Notes under the pieces: model-generated
What the model was told of the DNA's origin: nothing
The model's input: the letters and a program-made list of their open reading frames with translations, nothing else
Database searches by the model: none
Source: Octopus sinensis
Taxonomy: Eukaryota
Direction of reading: 5' to 3'
Length of the DNA stretch: 64,000 nt
NCBI RefSeq assembly: GCF_006345805.1
Contig: NC_043005.1
Span: forward strand, 106,206,001 to 106,270,000
Program-made: the position numbers and the translations under genes
In this document: piece after piece, positions 37,481 to 51,779 of the stretch
Position numbering within the stretch: position 1 is the first letter of the stretch
How the letters are laid out: each line of letters begins with the position of its first letter

Positions 37481-38531
37481 TAATCAGGAAACCAGCAAAC
37501 TATAGTGGTCTACTATAAGCAGTAATTTAATCCATAAAAGTCTTTAGAGAGAAAAATAAATGTTTAGACTAAAATCAAGGTTGAATAACTCCATTAAATT
37601 TTATCTATAAAAATCTATGGGTTATAGTATAACAATCATAAACAGTTGTTTTTCATTAAATGCTTTAAAAGTAAAAGGTTTTGCATTTGCAACCTTTTGA
37701 GAAATATACTGTGGCCCAGTTTAGCTCATGACCCATGAGTTTAGGAATGTTTGATCATGATAGATCAAGTAATTGTAGATGAGTATCCTCAATCAGTCAG
37801 GAGTAGTCTAGGGGACTTTAGTCATGCATATTCTCTTCTACTCTAGGCACAAGACCTGAAATTTTTGGGGGAGGGGCTGGTCGATTAGAACGACTCCAGT
37901 ATGCAACTGGTACTTAATTTATTGACCCTAAAAGGATGAAAGACAAAGTCGACATCAGTGGAATTTGAACTCAGAATGTAAAGACAGACGAAATGCTGCT
38001 AAGCATTTTGCCCAGCATGCTAACAATTCTGCCAGCTTGCTGCCTTGTCATGCATATTGCCAATCTGGGGACATTTTTGAGGGAGACTTTGGCTGCTACA
38101 TTGAACAAAAGGGACGACTCAAACAACGTTAGTGAACGAGAGAACCGGATTCTGTTTGAAGTAGCAGCCAAATAACTTCAAATCACACTTCACTTGGAGT
38201 AAACCAACAATAACAAGCACAAGAAACATCAAAGGAGATCTTTGTGTTTCACATGCTTTTATATAATATAGAATGTTTAGAATCTAAATTTGTTTTTCTA
38301 TAAAAATCTAGTGGTTGCTTACACAGCTTCTTTGCATTCCAGTCTTCTGAAAATTCAGATCTTTGTTGTCTTATTTTCATTTCCATTGCTTAAGTAATGA
38401 GAGTATATGCATGGATTTATATGTATGCATGTATGTATGTGCATATGTGTGTATATATGTGTGTATATATGTGTAAGTATGTATGTGCGTTTGTATGTTT
38501 CTATTTATGTATAATGTGTATGCACATACAT

Positions 38532-38639
<108 letters not shown>

Positions 38640-39029
38640 GCATACAATTCATGTATATGTATAAGGATGTATGTATATGTACCTCCTTACACACACACAC
38701 ACACACATGCACATATGCATATATTACATCCATTAAATTCATCTTTATTTTAAAAGTCTTTGTAATTTGGCATGGGTTGGGCAAGTGTACAAGTTTATAA
38801 CATATAGGCATGTGTGTGTGAGTGTGTGTATATATAAGTTTCATCATCACATCTATAAAATCACAAAATTTTTGTGTTTGATCTCATTAATCTTTCCAAG
38901 TCCTACCCACTTTGCCCCGACTGTCATGTTCTCCTTCAACAACTTAGCTTTATCTAATATCTATCATTCAGTTGCATTGTTTTTTTTTACCAACATAACA
39001 AATATATATATATATATATAATATATATA

Positions 39030-39092
<63 letters not shown>

Positions 39093-39187
39093 CTTGTGTA
39101 TACATGTATATACATACACAAAACGGTTTTACACACACACATATATGTCTATGTATATTTATATGTATGGTGCTATATATATATATA

Positions 39188-39254
<67 letters not shown>

Positions 39255-40153
39255 ATGTATGTATGTATGTATTGGTAGGTGCAGGTGTGGCTGTGTGGTA
39301 AGAGGCTTGCTTCCCCAAAACATAGTTCTGGGTTCAATCTCACTCTGTGGCACCTTTGACCAACCAGAATCTTGTGAGTAGATTTGCTAGAAAGGAAATT
39401 GAAGGAAGGCCATCATTTATATACATACATCTAAATGGTGCTCCAGCAAGGCCACAGTCAAATGACTGAAACAAGTAAAAGGTAAAAGGCAAAAGAATCT
39501 ATCTATCTTTTTGTCTATGTATGTGTTACAGTCTCCTTATCTTAACATCACTTGACAGTTGTAAACAAGTGTCATTGTCATGCAAGCAGTGTCCTTCCTA
39601 TGAAAATATGTCTGGTCATGAGACTTCGAAACAGGTGTAAAGGTTGGGGACAGGAAAAGTATCTGGCCAGAGAAAATTTGCCTCAAAAAATTCTGTCTGA
39701 CCCATGCAAGCATGGAAAAGTAGTTGTTAAGTAACGATGATGATGGTGGTGGTATATATATATATATGCATACCTATGTACTGTGTATGCGTTTATTTTA
39801 GCATCTGTCATTTATTATTGATCTTCTATAAAAATGAACCTATATCCCTTAATTTGCTACTTTTCTATACACAAACTGAAAAGATATCTTGTGAAACAGT
39901 CGTTGTTTTAACGTGATTCATCTTGCAATCACCTGGAGAGACACATCTACACCAACGGATACTCTTAAATCAATTGTTAAGTATACCACCTGTATTAAAT
40001 CTGCTAGTGTAGCTAGGGCAGGAGGCAGTAGGGGTGGTTCACATCAGATGGCACTTTAGCTACGTTAGTGGTTGAATCGATGCTAGATGGGTTGAAACAA
40101 TTGTAGTGATTAAGAAACATGCTTGTATCTTCCATCTGCCATCTCTTACATTA

Positions 40154-40189
<36 letters not shown>

Positions 40190-40192
<3 letters not shown>

Positions 40193-40609
40193 AGTTATAT
40201 ATAAAATAGAGATTTATGTGTATTCACTTTTCACATGAAAACGCCTTCACTAATTGCTCCCATACTTGTGATGCATGAATAATTTGACCTCGGACAAACA
40301 ATAGGCTGTTCATTTGTTTTGATAAAAAATTTAAAAAATTACTTTTTATATTATATTCATGTCTTTGAAAGTTTTTAAAATATTTATTTCCAGTTTTCTA
40401 GCATCAGTGATGTAACATATCTCTTTATGTATATCTCTCTATCCATCTCCTTCTATCTCTATCTCTTTGTAACATATCTTTCTATCTATATCTCTCTGTC
40501 TATATCTCTTTATCTCTCTCTCTCTCTCTATCTCTCTGTATCGATCTGTCTATATCTTATCTATCTATAACAATCGATCTATATTTTTCTCTTATTTGTC
40601 TGTCTTAAT

Positions 40610-40654
<45 letters not shown>

Positions 40655-43540
40655 TCTCTATATATCTCACTCACTCTCTATTCTTTTCACTTTCAATTTT
40701 CAGACGCCATTGTTTAACTTCAATTATTATTGTTTTCACTGTAAGTTTAAGTTTTCATTCGCTATTTACAAACAAACAATGACAAATTACTGACTGAAAA
40801 AAGTTCACAATCACTGATGTAAGTAATTTCGTAATTTACAGACAGAAGTATCTTCTTAAAATTCACTTCAATCCATACGGTTTTTTCTTCTATTTTTGTT
40901 GCTGACAGTGTTTTTTTTGGTTCCTTCAATAGTGGCTCTTTGGTTCACTGAGAGACAAATTTTGCTTCAACCCATACAATACTTTATTTTCCATTAAAAT
41001 TTCCTATTTACTTTCTGCCTGTCTTATTAAGAAACATAATTTCCGTTACCAAATTATTTTCATTGTTTACTATCTGCTGCACTTGCGTATTTCTGTATAC
41101 GTCTATAACCATGCCTAGAAGGAAAGTGTCAAATTTGTCTACAATATCAAGGTCAGCTATAAGAATGTCTCTGTCCAGTGAAAGAGAGATAGCTGCAGAA
41201 AGGTAAACGTACCAAGAAACGAACAGACTGTGCACTACAAAAGCCTGAGCATCTCAAAGTGATGAACAGAGGTATGCACGACTGACAAGGAATAGGATCT
41301 CCACTGCAGAACGAAGAGCAGTTGAAACAGCCCAGAGAAGCAACTTCTATGAAGCAGCTTTCAATTACGATCTAGCAGTTCATTATGCAGATGACACTAG
41401 AGTTTGCATTGGTGCAATGACAACTGAGTGCATACATTGTAAAGAAAGGAAGTGGCCTGGAGAGATGCACTGTGCTGCAGCGGTGGAAAGGTTAAACTCC
41501 CTACGATCCCACAACCTCCAGAGTCATTGAAGAAACTGTTGTCATCAATTGACCAAAAATCCAAACACTTACAAAACAAAATTAGACAGTAACAATACAA
41601 TATTGCACTAAAGATGACAACATTTGGAGCTACAGAAGATATAACTGAGCCAGGATTCAAGCAAACTTTTAAGCTCCAAGGTCAGATTTATCATTGGATC
41701 GGCCTTCTACTACCTCTGTCAAATGAATCACCAAAATTCTCAACAAGAAGGGCAAGAGAGGTGCAAGAACATTTCCAACATCAGGATAAACATTATAGTG
41801 TCTCTGCAAAAGATACTTCATAGCAACAACCTGATCTGAAGCTTTAAGACTGCACTTGAAACAATTCCACCTGACTCCATGGATTACAAAGTAGTTATGA
41901 GATTAGACAAGAAACCACCCGGTCAACATAGAGGGAGGTTTAATGCACCATTAATATCAAATAGAATAGCTGTGCTTCTGGTTGGGCAAGAACATGACAA
42001 GCGTGACATTGTCCTCCATCTCAGAGACAGCACACTGACAGACACACTCCAACAACAAATGGAAGTTCCCAAAAATACCACATTCACAGCATTCTTCAAG
42101 CTCTGTCAAGATGGTGAATTTGCAACAAGGCAGCTATACAATGAAGTAACACAATTCTATACCTGGTATCAATGAAATGGAAGAGACGTGCACTTGGAGC
42201 ACCCACACATCATCCAGGAATCAATAAATCAGACACACTTGGCAGAGTCTATGTTGTCCATCCCAACTACTCAGAGTGCTACTATCTAAGGCTTCTATTT
42301 CACCATGTCAAGAGATCCACATCATTTACGGCCTTATGTACGGTTGACAACACAATATGTCAAACATATCGCCAGGCTCGCCATCTCAGAGGTCTTCTGG
42401 AATATGATGCACACTGGGATGCCACTCTGAGAGAGGCACAAATGTGCAAGTCTCCTATGCAGCTGAGAAACCTCTTCTCCATCATGCTGGTGAACTGTGG
42501 ATTGTCAAATCCAAATCAACTTTGGTACAAATACAAGGAGGGGCTTTCTGAAGACATTCTTCAAAGAATTCAATATCAGTGTGATGGTGACGTCACGTTC
42601 AATGATGACATCTTCAATGAAGCATTAAGATTAATAGATGACCAGGTTCAGTCACTGGGTGGAAACAAACTTGAAATCTATGGTCTTCCAGCTCCTGTCA
42701 GAGATGTTCAACACAGATTAGCACAAGAGATAATCAGGGAAACATCATACAACATGGAAAGTTTGCAAGCAGTTGTCAATGAAAAGGAATATGTTCTGGT
42801 ACAGGATCAAAAAGAGGTATACTGGCAATTTCTTACATCTATGGACAATAACACTGGTGAGGGTCTTCTTCTTAGATGCTCCTCGAGGCACAGGAAAGAC
42901 ATTGTTGATCAACCTGCTCCTTGCCAAGGTGAGACAGAAGAAGATTGGTCTGGCTGTTGCATCCTCTGGAATTGCAGCCACACTCCTAACTGGGGGAAGA
43001 ACAGCCCATTCAACATTCAAGCTGCCTCTCAACCTCATCCAAAATGAATCCCCATTATGCAACATATCCAAGAATGCAGTGTTAGAAAAACTCCTTACAG
43101 ATGCCAAACCCATTGTCTGGGATGAGGCAACAATGTCCCATAAGACAGCCTTTGAAGCACTTGATGTAGCACTACCAGACTTTAGAAACAATAAGAAAAT
43201 CATGGGTGGTGTCACCCTCCTCATGGCTGGTAACTTCAGGCAACCGCTGCCTGTCATCCCAGAGGAACAAGGGCAGATGAGCTGAGAGCTTGCATCAAGT
43301 CCTCATATCTGGCAACATGTCAAGCAGCTTACTCTGACAACCAACGTGGGGGTTCACATTCATGGTAACCCGTTAGCTGCACAGTTCTCCAACAAGTTAC
43401 TTGACACTGGAAATGGAAAACTTCCACAAGATCCAGAAGATAGTCCGCACCATCTTCCATGTAGCAATATAACTGGATCCCTTAAAGAACTGAAGAGCAA
43501 GGTGTTTCCAAACGTTCAGCTTAATAATACATGCCAGGGA
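40190..43540 (+). mobile_element. Internally deleted Helitron
   Basis: 5' A^TCTAGTTATATATAAAA terminus after (TA)n; RepHel coding relics; no 3' CTRR/hairpin end recognised. Confidence 0.85.
41111..43530 (+). pseudogene. Helitron RepHel protein relic (N-terminal Zn region, part of Rep flank, PIF1 helicase)
   Basis: IGAMTTECIHC..CCSGGKVKLP, TFKLQGQIYH, GRFNAP, ECYYLRLL, DAPRGTGKT (Walker A), ASSGIAATLLTGGRTAHS, WDEA, GNFRQPLPVIP; stops and frameshifts present. Confidence 0.9.
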
Positions 43541-46096
43541 AGATTCCTGGTAGGAATCAAAAATTCAAATATTACCCAATGCATATGGGTATGTGTCTTA
43601 TGGATGAGATCTATCCACACTCTCTGTGACTTATTAGCACACCCAGAATGAGCAGATGTTATTCTTTCTTATTTCTATTTTGCAGTATCAAAATACTTTG
43701 GTAAGAAAGTTCTATTAAGCTGTAAATGTACCACAACTTTAATACAGTAATAGATAGATAAAAAATAGACACTAGAGATTTTTTTTTATACAAACAGTCT
43801 AAACTCACATTTTATTTTAGAATTTTATTTAAAACACATGAGATAAAGTTATTTTATTAGAAAAACAGGAACAAAAGAGTTAAGAAAACATCTACAGCTA
43901 TTACATATTACATACTATCTCTTTGCATCAGACAATCCTGCAGTTTATAAGAGAAGATATAGTATGTTAATACTTTAAAATATCTAGATTATTCAGAATT
44001 ATATAATCTGTTCTTTGCTTGAAATTATTCAATATATATGTTTTAGCTAAAAACTGATAAATTCCAAAAAGCAAAATATGAATAAATGCAAATCATTACA
44101 TTAGCTGAAATTCTTAGTCATATTTTGGCACCAAACTCAAGTTTATTCAAGATTCAATCATTTTTATGCCTTCATATAAACTTAATATGCCTAAAGGAAA
44201 ACCCTGATTTCCTGCTGCAGTTTTGAAAAGGCAATCCGAAGACAAAATCCGAAACTTGGGAGAAGTCAATTCTTCCTCTTATAATTTTTTAAAATCTTTT
44301 TTTATTATTTTCGGAAGGACAGGCAGTGCCTATGACCTTTTAAGGGCCTCTAAAGTTGTTGGGAATGGGGAAGTTATCCTCAAACTGGAAACCTGTCCTA
44401 AATATTTTCAACAAAGTCAGCTCCTCTGCTAAAGGCAATCAAGGTGCCAGGTGATGGGGTTAAACTGGAGAACAGATTAAGTATAGCACTAGGGTAGACC
44501 AAAGCAGGATTTGAATTCAGAACACAGAAGCCAGAACAAACACTGGGAGGCATCCAATCTACTGCTCTAGATTGGTACATGTGTAATGACCCTGAAAGGA
44601 AAAGGTAACATCGACCTTGGCTGAACTTGAACTCAGTGTGTTGAGGGTTGGAACAAATACGATGACATCCTGATGACTCTACCAATTTGCTGCCTTAAAA
44701 CATTTTACCACTTTGCCATGCCGTATGATGGCATTTTATAGTGAAATGCTTTCAAAGTGAGAAAGGTTTTTTATGACTAATCTACAACTTACTACACATG
44801 GCTTTTTTTAGTGATATATTCTACAATTCAATTTCATCAAACTGCTACTTTTCATGGAAAATGTTAAACATTTGCTCTTACTATTTTCCTGGTTAATTAG
44901 TTTTCTAATAATGTTATGTGTGATAGCGATGGAAACTGAGATATATTTTAACTACTTTGGGGTTTCTTTCAATCATTATACTCATTTTAAGTCTTCATAT
45001 ACCATTCTCCTCCTTTTATCTTTTATATTTCTCATCTATCAATCTATCAATCACCTCCTTTTCTAGCACTGTTCCTACCTCCTTTAACTTTATCTTCCAC
45101 TCATCATTCTGCCTGTGTCATGATTGATGGCATCATTTTGGATCTGTCTGCATTGAACCATCTCCTTATCATCACCCCTTTGTATTACTGCTCATCACAC
45201 TTTCTCACATGTATCCCTCTTCTATCACTCACTGTTGACACCCACCATTTTGTATCTATCCACCACTACATCACTCTACCATCACCTTCCCTCTCTATTC
45301 TATCACTCACTCTTTCAACAATTACTCTCCCTTTTCATCACTTTTCCACATTTCTCCTATACCCTCATCTACATTAATCTCCCTCTCACCATTCTCTTTT
45401 CCTCCACCAAGCTGCTCATACAGTTTCTATTCAAACTCCTTACCAACAATCTTCGTGTAGCTGTCGATCATTCTCTGTTTCCTCTCTCTCCTCTGTAAAC
45501 TTCTTACAAGTATCACCCTGACTTTCCTCCCTTAGTCTCTGTCACCGTCCCAAATTTTTAGTTCCCTTCTGGGGATGAAACAAACTTCTGCTGTTAGTGA
45601 ACAAACAAAGAGGGAACATATGACTGGAAGGACTCTTTAAACTTACCAAGGACACTCAAACCACACTGTTGCTGGTGCCATGATAAAATGCTCTCAGGAT
45701 ACTCTATAATATAGTTGGTGAATGAATGGAGGTAACATGGGTAAAGGAATTCTCTAATTTTACTGGGCATGTGTCAAAATCTAAAGTCCTGGTGCCATGT
45801 TAAACTGTACCCAGTGAACTCTGTAAAGTGGTAGGCAACAAAAGGAGCATCCAGCAATGTTAATGATGAAATGTACAAGAAAGACGTAGTTGTTGAGACA
45901 TCTTAATGGTTGGAGAGCAGTAATTCTGAATAAGGACATACTCAGGTCATAACAATAAGGTGTCGTCAAGAATGTTGATGATAACGATGATTACTCATAC
46001 AAGAAACTATATATAAGTAGAATGTGACCACTTGTGTACCGTTGGTAATTTTTTTTTCCTCTGTGTTCCCTTCTCTGGATCTTTCCTTCTCCTGTG

Positions 46097-46129
46097 TTTC
46101 CGACAAAGAGCTCCGCTCGAAACTTTAAA
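46097..46129 (+). ncRNA. Degenerate minimal hammerhead-like motif in a TA-flanked element (46005-46230)
   Basis: TTT-CCGACAA-A-GAG ctccg CTC-GAAA-CTT-T-AAA. Confidence 0.35.
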
Positions 46130-46257
46130 TCCTCTTTCTTTCCTTCTTTCCTGAGAGTCCAATAAAACTATATTTGTTCCACGTCCTCGCGTTGTTGTGT
46201 TCTTTTGTACTTTCATGTTTGGATTAACTATATATATATATATATATATATACATAT

Positions 46258-46628
46258 TCTTTTCTTTTATTTGTTCCAGTCATTTGACTGTGGCCATGCT
46301 GAAGCACCACCTTTAGTCAAACAAATCAACCCCAAGACTTATACTTTGTAAGCTTAGTACTTATTCTATAGGTCTCTTTTGCCGAACTGCTAAGTTATGG
46401 GGATGTGAAGACGCCAACATCGGCTGTCAAGCGATGGTGGTGGGACAAGCACAGACACACACACATACGACAGGCTTCTTTCAGTTTCCGCCTACCAAAT
46501 CCACTTTCAAGGCTTTGGTCAACCCGAGGCTGTAGTAGAAGACACTTGCCCAAGATGCCACGCAGTGAGACTGAACAGGAACCATGTGGTTGGTAAGCAA
46601 GCTACTTACCACACAGCTACTCCTATGC

Positions 46629-46630
<2 letters not shown>
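46258..46630 (-). mobile_element. Family A SINE
   Basis: Matches family head and tail. Confidence 0.85.
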
Positions 46631-46662
<32 letters not shown>

Positions 46663-46678
46663 TTATATAAATGCATAC

Positions 46679-46709
<31 letters not shown>

Positions 46710-47487
46710 TACAAACACATGCACATACATATGTACATACATGGAGAGAGAGGAAACAGGAGAGAGAAAGATATGAATATGCTATTTTGACATTAGAATT
46801 TCAAATGATTTTCCATTGTTTTAAGAAAATTCTTGGAGTTCCTATTATTTTTTTTTTAATCCAGAAATATATGAAATATTTTTTAAGTTATTCATTTTAA
46901 GTTATTCATTTACATATGTGTGCGTGTTTGCGTGTGTGTGTGTGTAGGTGTATGTGTGCTTAAGTGTCTATCTTAAAAACAATGAAATATTAAAGTAAAA
47001 AAAAACACAATTTAAACTGAAGTAATTTGCCTATTTTTTTCCCATGGTTAGATGAAAAAAATTTGGGTCGAGAGAATTTTTGAATCACTTACCATAATAA
47101 TTTCTTGACAATATATTTTCATAAATTTTTATTCTTTTAGAATTTTTTCTTATCCCAAAATTTATTCCTATTTTCATACAATTTTAATTTTAGTTTCTTT
47201 AAAAAAAAAAGAAACTTTTTTTCAATCTCACTTCATTTAAAAGGATTTATATATATATATAAATATATATACATATATACACACATACATATAGAATATA
47301 TATGCGTACATATATTTGTGTGTATATGTTTGTATATATGTGTGTATATATATATACAAACACACAGACATATATACTTATATGTATCATATATATATAT
47401 ATATATTCATTTTAGATATGTGTACACATATTTATAAATACAGACACACATGATCACACATATGTATATATTTATATAAATATGAAA

Positions 47488-47531
<44 letters not shown>

Positions 47532-47673
47532 CCTTACTTTTTTTTTATTCCATTTTTCAAAAATTTATTCATTCATTTTGTTTTACTCTTCTCTTCTTTA
47601 ATTTAAAGATTTAATCAGTTTCACTTCTTTTGGCCAAATAAAGAATTTGGCAGAATATCAGAGATTTGGTGCC

Positions 47674-47693
47674 TGACGTCATATAACTTCCTG
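47674..47693. promoter_or_regulatory. Adjacent CRE (TGACGTCA), TATAA and ETS (ACTTCCTG) motifs
   Basis: tgacgtcatataacttcctg in non-repetitive sequence. Confidence 0.3.
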
Positions 47694-48027
47694 CATACCC
47701 TAGCAAGCTTTCTAGTCACCACTTGAACAACAACAACAACAACAACAACAGAAACACCACCAAAAACAATAAAAACAACAACAACAAAAGCAAATCTATT
47801 CTAAAGAAACTGAAATGAACAGAGGAAAACACTGAAAGCTTTCTGCTTTGTTGATTCACTTTTTCATTTTTATTTTCATTTTTTTTTTCAAAATTTTTGT
47901 TTTTTTTTAATTTTGTTTTTATTTCTCACTTCCTATTTTTGCTTTCTTTTAACTCTTACAAAGTCTCCTTCTCCTATCACTCTTGATGTCCCTCTTTCTC
48001 TCTTCTTATTACTGTGTGCGTGTGAGA

Positions 48028-48568
48028 ATATGCATGGATGAGTGTGTGTGTGTTTGTGTGTATATAGTGTATATATGTAGGTGTACTATGACTTGATGTA
48101 TACATATTAATGTGTGTATATTTCCACACACATTTCCACACACACATGTACATGTATATACATACATACATATATACATATACATACATATATATATATA
48201 TATATTTAACATGTATATATATATATATACATATATATTTACATATATATATATATTAATATCTATATATATATATCTATATATATATATGTGTGTGTGT
48301 GAGTGTGTGAGTGTGTGTCTAGATAGATAGATACACACACATGCATATATGCATATATCTAAATCTATCTATCTATCTATCTTATAATATATATATATAT
48401 TATATATATATTATATGTGTGTATATATATCTATAATATCTATATCTATCAATCTATATTATATATATATATATATATACATATGTATATATATATAGAT
48501 ATATATATATAGATTGATAGATATAGATATATATAGATATATATACACACACATATATCTTATATATA

Positions 48569-48607
<39 letters not shown>

Positions 48608-48709
48608 ATAGATAGATAGATATAGATATATGCATATATGCATGTGTGGTATCTATCTATCTAGACACACACTCACACACCACACATATATATATAGATA
48701 TATATATAT

Positions 48710-48754
<45 letters not shown>

Positions 48755-48970
48755 AATATATATGTATATATATATATATATATATACATGTTAAATATAT
48801 ATATATATATATGTATGTATATGTATATATGTATGTATGTATATACATGTACATGTGTGTGTGGAAATGTGTGTGGAAATATACACATTAATATGTATAC
48901 ATCAAGTCATAGTACACCTACATATATACACTATATACACACAAACACACACACACTCATCCATGCATAT
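48028..48970. repeat. ~940-bp palindrome with essentially no spacer
   Basis: Unique anchors gtgtactatgacttgatgta and tttccacacacatttccac recur inverted; centre tacatatgta near 48478-48487. Confidence 0.85.
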
Positions 48971-48972
48971 AC

Positions 48973-49034
<62 letters not shown>

Positions 49035-50049
49035 TGTATATATATATGGAGTGGTATGTTATATGTGCATCTATTTGTGAATATACTTATTAAGAATTCC
49101 ATTTTTGCGATATAACCATGTATCTGTATGTATCTGTATGTATAGTATGTACGTATGTGTGTATGTATATATATATATATGCATGTATATGTATATACAT
49201 ATATATATGTGTGTGTGTATGTATATGTATATGTATATATATATGTACATGATGATGATGATGATATATATATATATATATATATATATTTATGTGTATA
49301 AATGTATGTATGTATTTCTCTATATATATGTATTTATTAATCTATCAATCAATCTTTCTATCTGGTTACCTATCTACACTCACACACATATCTCCACATG
49401 CTCACACACACACACATATACATTCATAACCATGCATAAACACATAGGCATATATTTACCTCTTACTTTTCTTCTCTCACTTTTTCCTTCTTTTCTTTTT
49501 ATTTCATTTTTCATATCATAGAATAAAAAAAATCGTTGAATTTATCAATATTATTTAGAAATTTTGCCAAAATATCTTTTCTTTCCCAATAAAAATGTCC
49601 CTTTCACTCACTGTTTCAAAAATTCTTTATTCACCAGAATGAAGAAAAAAATTTTTTTTTATTAAAGAGAATATAAAAATAAAATTAGTATACATAACAT
49701 TTTCTGTGTTTATTGCTACATTCTCTGTTGTAGTTGTTGTTGCTGTTTTCTGTCAGTTTTTAGCCTTGAAGGTGTTGTTGTGTGAAGATTAAACTTCTGA
49801 TAATCAAGTTGATTTTAAAATTGCTTGCAGGATATTACACTGAAAATGTTTCCTGTTACTTTACACCTCAAATAGGATTTGAACTTGGCTCTTCTAGCTA
49901 ATGATATGCTCGACTGTTACATAGTTACACATATCACAGAAAGAATTCAAAAATAGATCTTCCACATAGTTGCTCCGCCTGCAAGAAACAGCAGCCAAAT
50001 ACCTCTCAATTCACATACCAAATTGCCTTTTAAAATGCAAATACATTGT

Positions 50050-50434
50050 GGAGGCGCAATGGCCCAGTGGTTAGGGCAGGGGACTCGAGGTCGTAGGATC
50101 GCAGTTTTGATTCCCAGACCGGCCATTGTGAGTGTTTATTGAGCAAAAACACCTGAAGCTCCACGAGGCTCCAGCAGGGGGTCAGGGTGGCGAACCCTGC
50201 TGTACTTTTTCACCACAACTTCTTCTCACTCTTTCTTCCTGTTTCTCTTGTACCTGTATTTCAAAGGGCCAGCCTTGTCACACTCCGTGTCACGCTGAAT
50301 CTCCCCGAGAACCACGTTAAGAGTACACGTGTTTGTAGAGTGCTCAGCCACTTACACATTAATTTCACGAGCATGCTGTTCCGTTGATCGGATCAACTGG
50401 AACCCTAGTCGTTGTAAGCGACGGAGTGCCAACA
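50050..50434 (+). mobile_element. tRNA-derived SINE (family C) with acattg target-site duplication
   Basis: ggcgcaatggcccagtggttaggg...ttcgattcc-like head; acattg on both sides; inserted into an older repeat. Confidence 0.8.
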
Positions 50435-51779
50435 ACATTGGACAGTGCATCTCCTGACTCTTCTAAAGTCGGAGTGGTCACAGCTGGAATGTTTCTTATC
50501 AAAGGCTGCCTTGATCAGGGTTTCCTTTAGACTAAATAACTGCAATTAGTTGAGAGTACACAAGTTAGTGCTTTTAAGTGTAGTTGTCTTCGTAGGCAGC
50601 AAGTTGGTACAGTTGTTCACAATGTTAATGTTGACAGTCTATTGAGGAAATTGCTAGAAACTTTTTGTGTTCTGAAGTTATATTTTATTTCCTATCTCTG
50701 GCTTTCTCGTGGTAGGAAACTTGATCTTTAGGACCATTGTTATTGATAAACAAAAATATTAACTGAAGAATCATTAATATTGCCACTAGCAGTCCAGCCA
50801 AATAAAACTTTTTTTTACGTAGCAGAAACAGTATTAGATTAAAATAGCTAACTGTGTATCATACTTAATGCAGATACAGTGCTAAAAGCTAAACTGACTG
50901 TGTGTTCATCCAATGATAATATATCTTATGAGTATACTGTGTTTTATAACACAAATGTACTAGTAGCAGGCAGAAACCACCTAGCAACAGAAGTGAGAAT
51001 GTTAGACACACGTTTCTGTCCCATTTGTCTTAGCATATGATTGGCAGTGCATACATTCTACTGATAAAACCCAAATGTGCATCTTGCATTTTCCATCACA
51101 GCTGCTTTAAGATTTTGTCTGCTACTGATATTTTGGTGTTTTTAAACACATTACGTCTATAAGAGATATTATCGTAGGACAAATATCAGTTAATTTGCCG
51201 TTTTGCAATGCATTTGCATTAAATATGATACCTAGATAGTTCTCTGTCTGTCTGCTTGTCTCTTTCTCTCATCCTATCTGTCTCTCTCTCTCTATGTTTA
51301 TATATATATATATATTATATCTCTATGTTTATATATATATTTTTCCATGGGCGCATGTAAGTATTTCATTTATTTCTATTCATATTTTCTACTGAGAGGA
51401 AAAAATCTATGAGATTAATTCCAAAATTGATTCAATATAGAAATAACAAACTTTTTAAAAAAAATTCTGTTGACTAGCTACCCGATTTCAGCACAACATA
51501 TTTCTGTAGTGGGTATATAATAATATGTGGAAATTGATGATTTAAAAGTTTGTTATCAGCATAGAAATAATTTTCTTTTGCCTTTGTTTATAAGTTGTTT
51601 ATGATTTTAACCTTTAAAGGTATTTTAATATGCTGCCACTTTTTAGATGGAATTTTTTTCTGTAAAACAACTTCATGCTATATTAGTAGTGTATATATAT
51701 ACATATATCTTAAATTTCTATGTTTATAAATATATCTTTTACTGGTTTCTGCAAGAAGTTGGGGCCACGCTGGAACACT

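Noticed and set aside
50050-50125. tRNA gene
   Set aside because: tRNA-like head continues into a SINE body with TSD; no complete cloverleaf. The same holds for the heads of families A and B.
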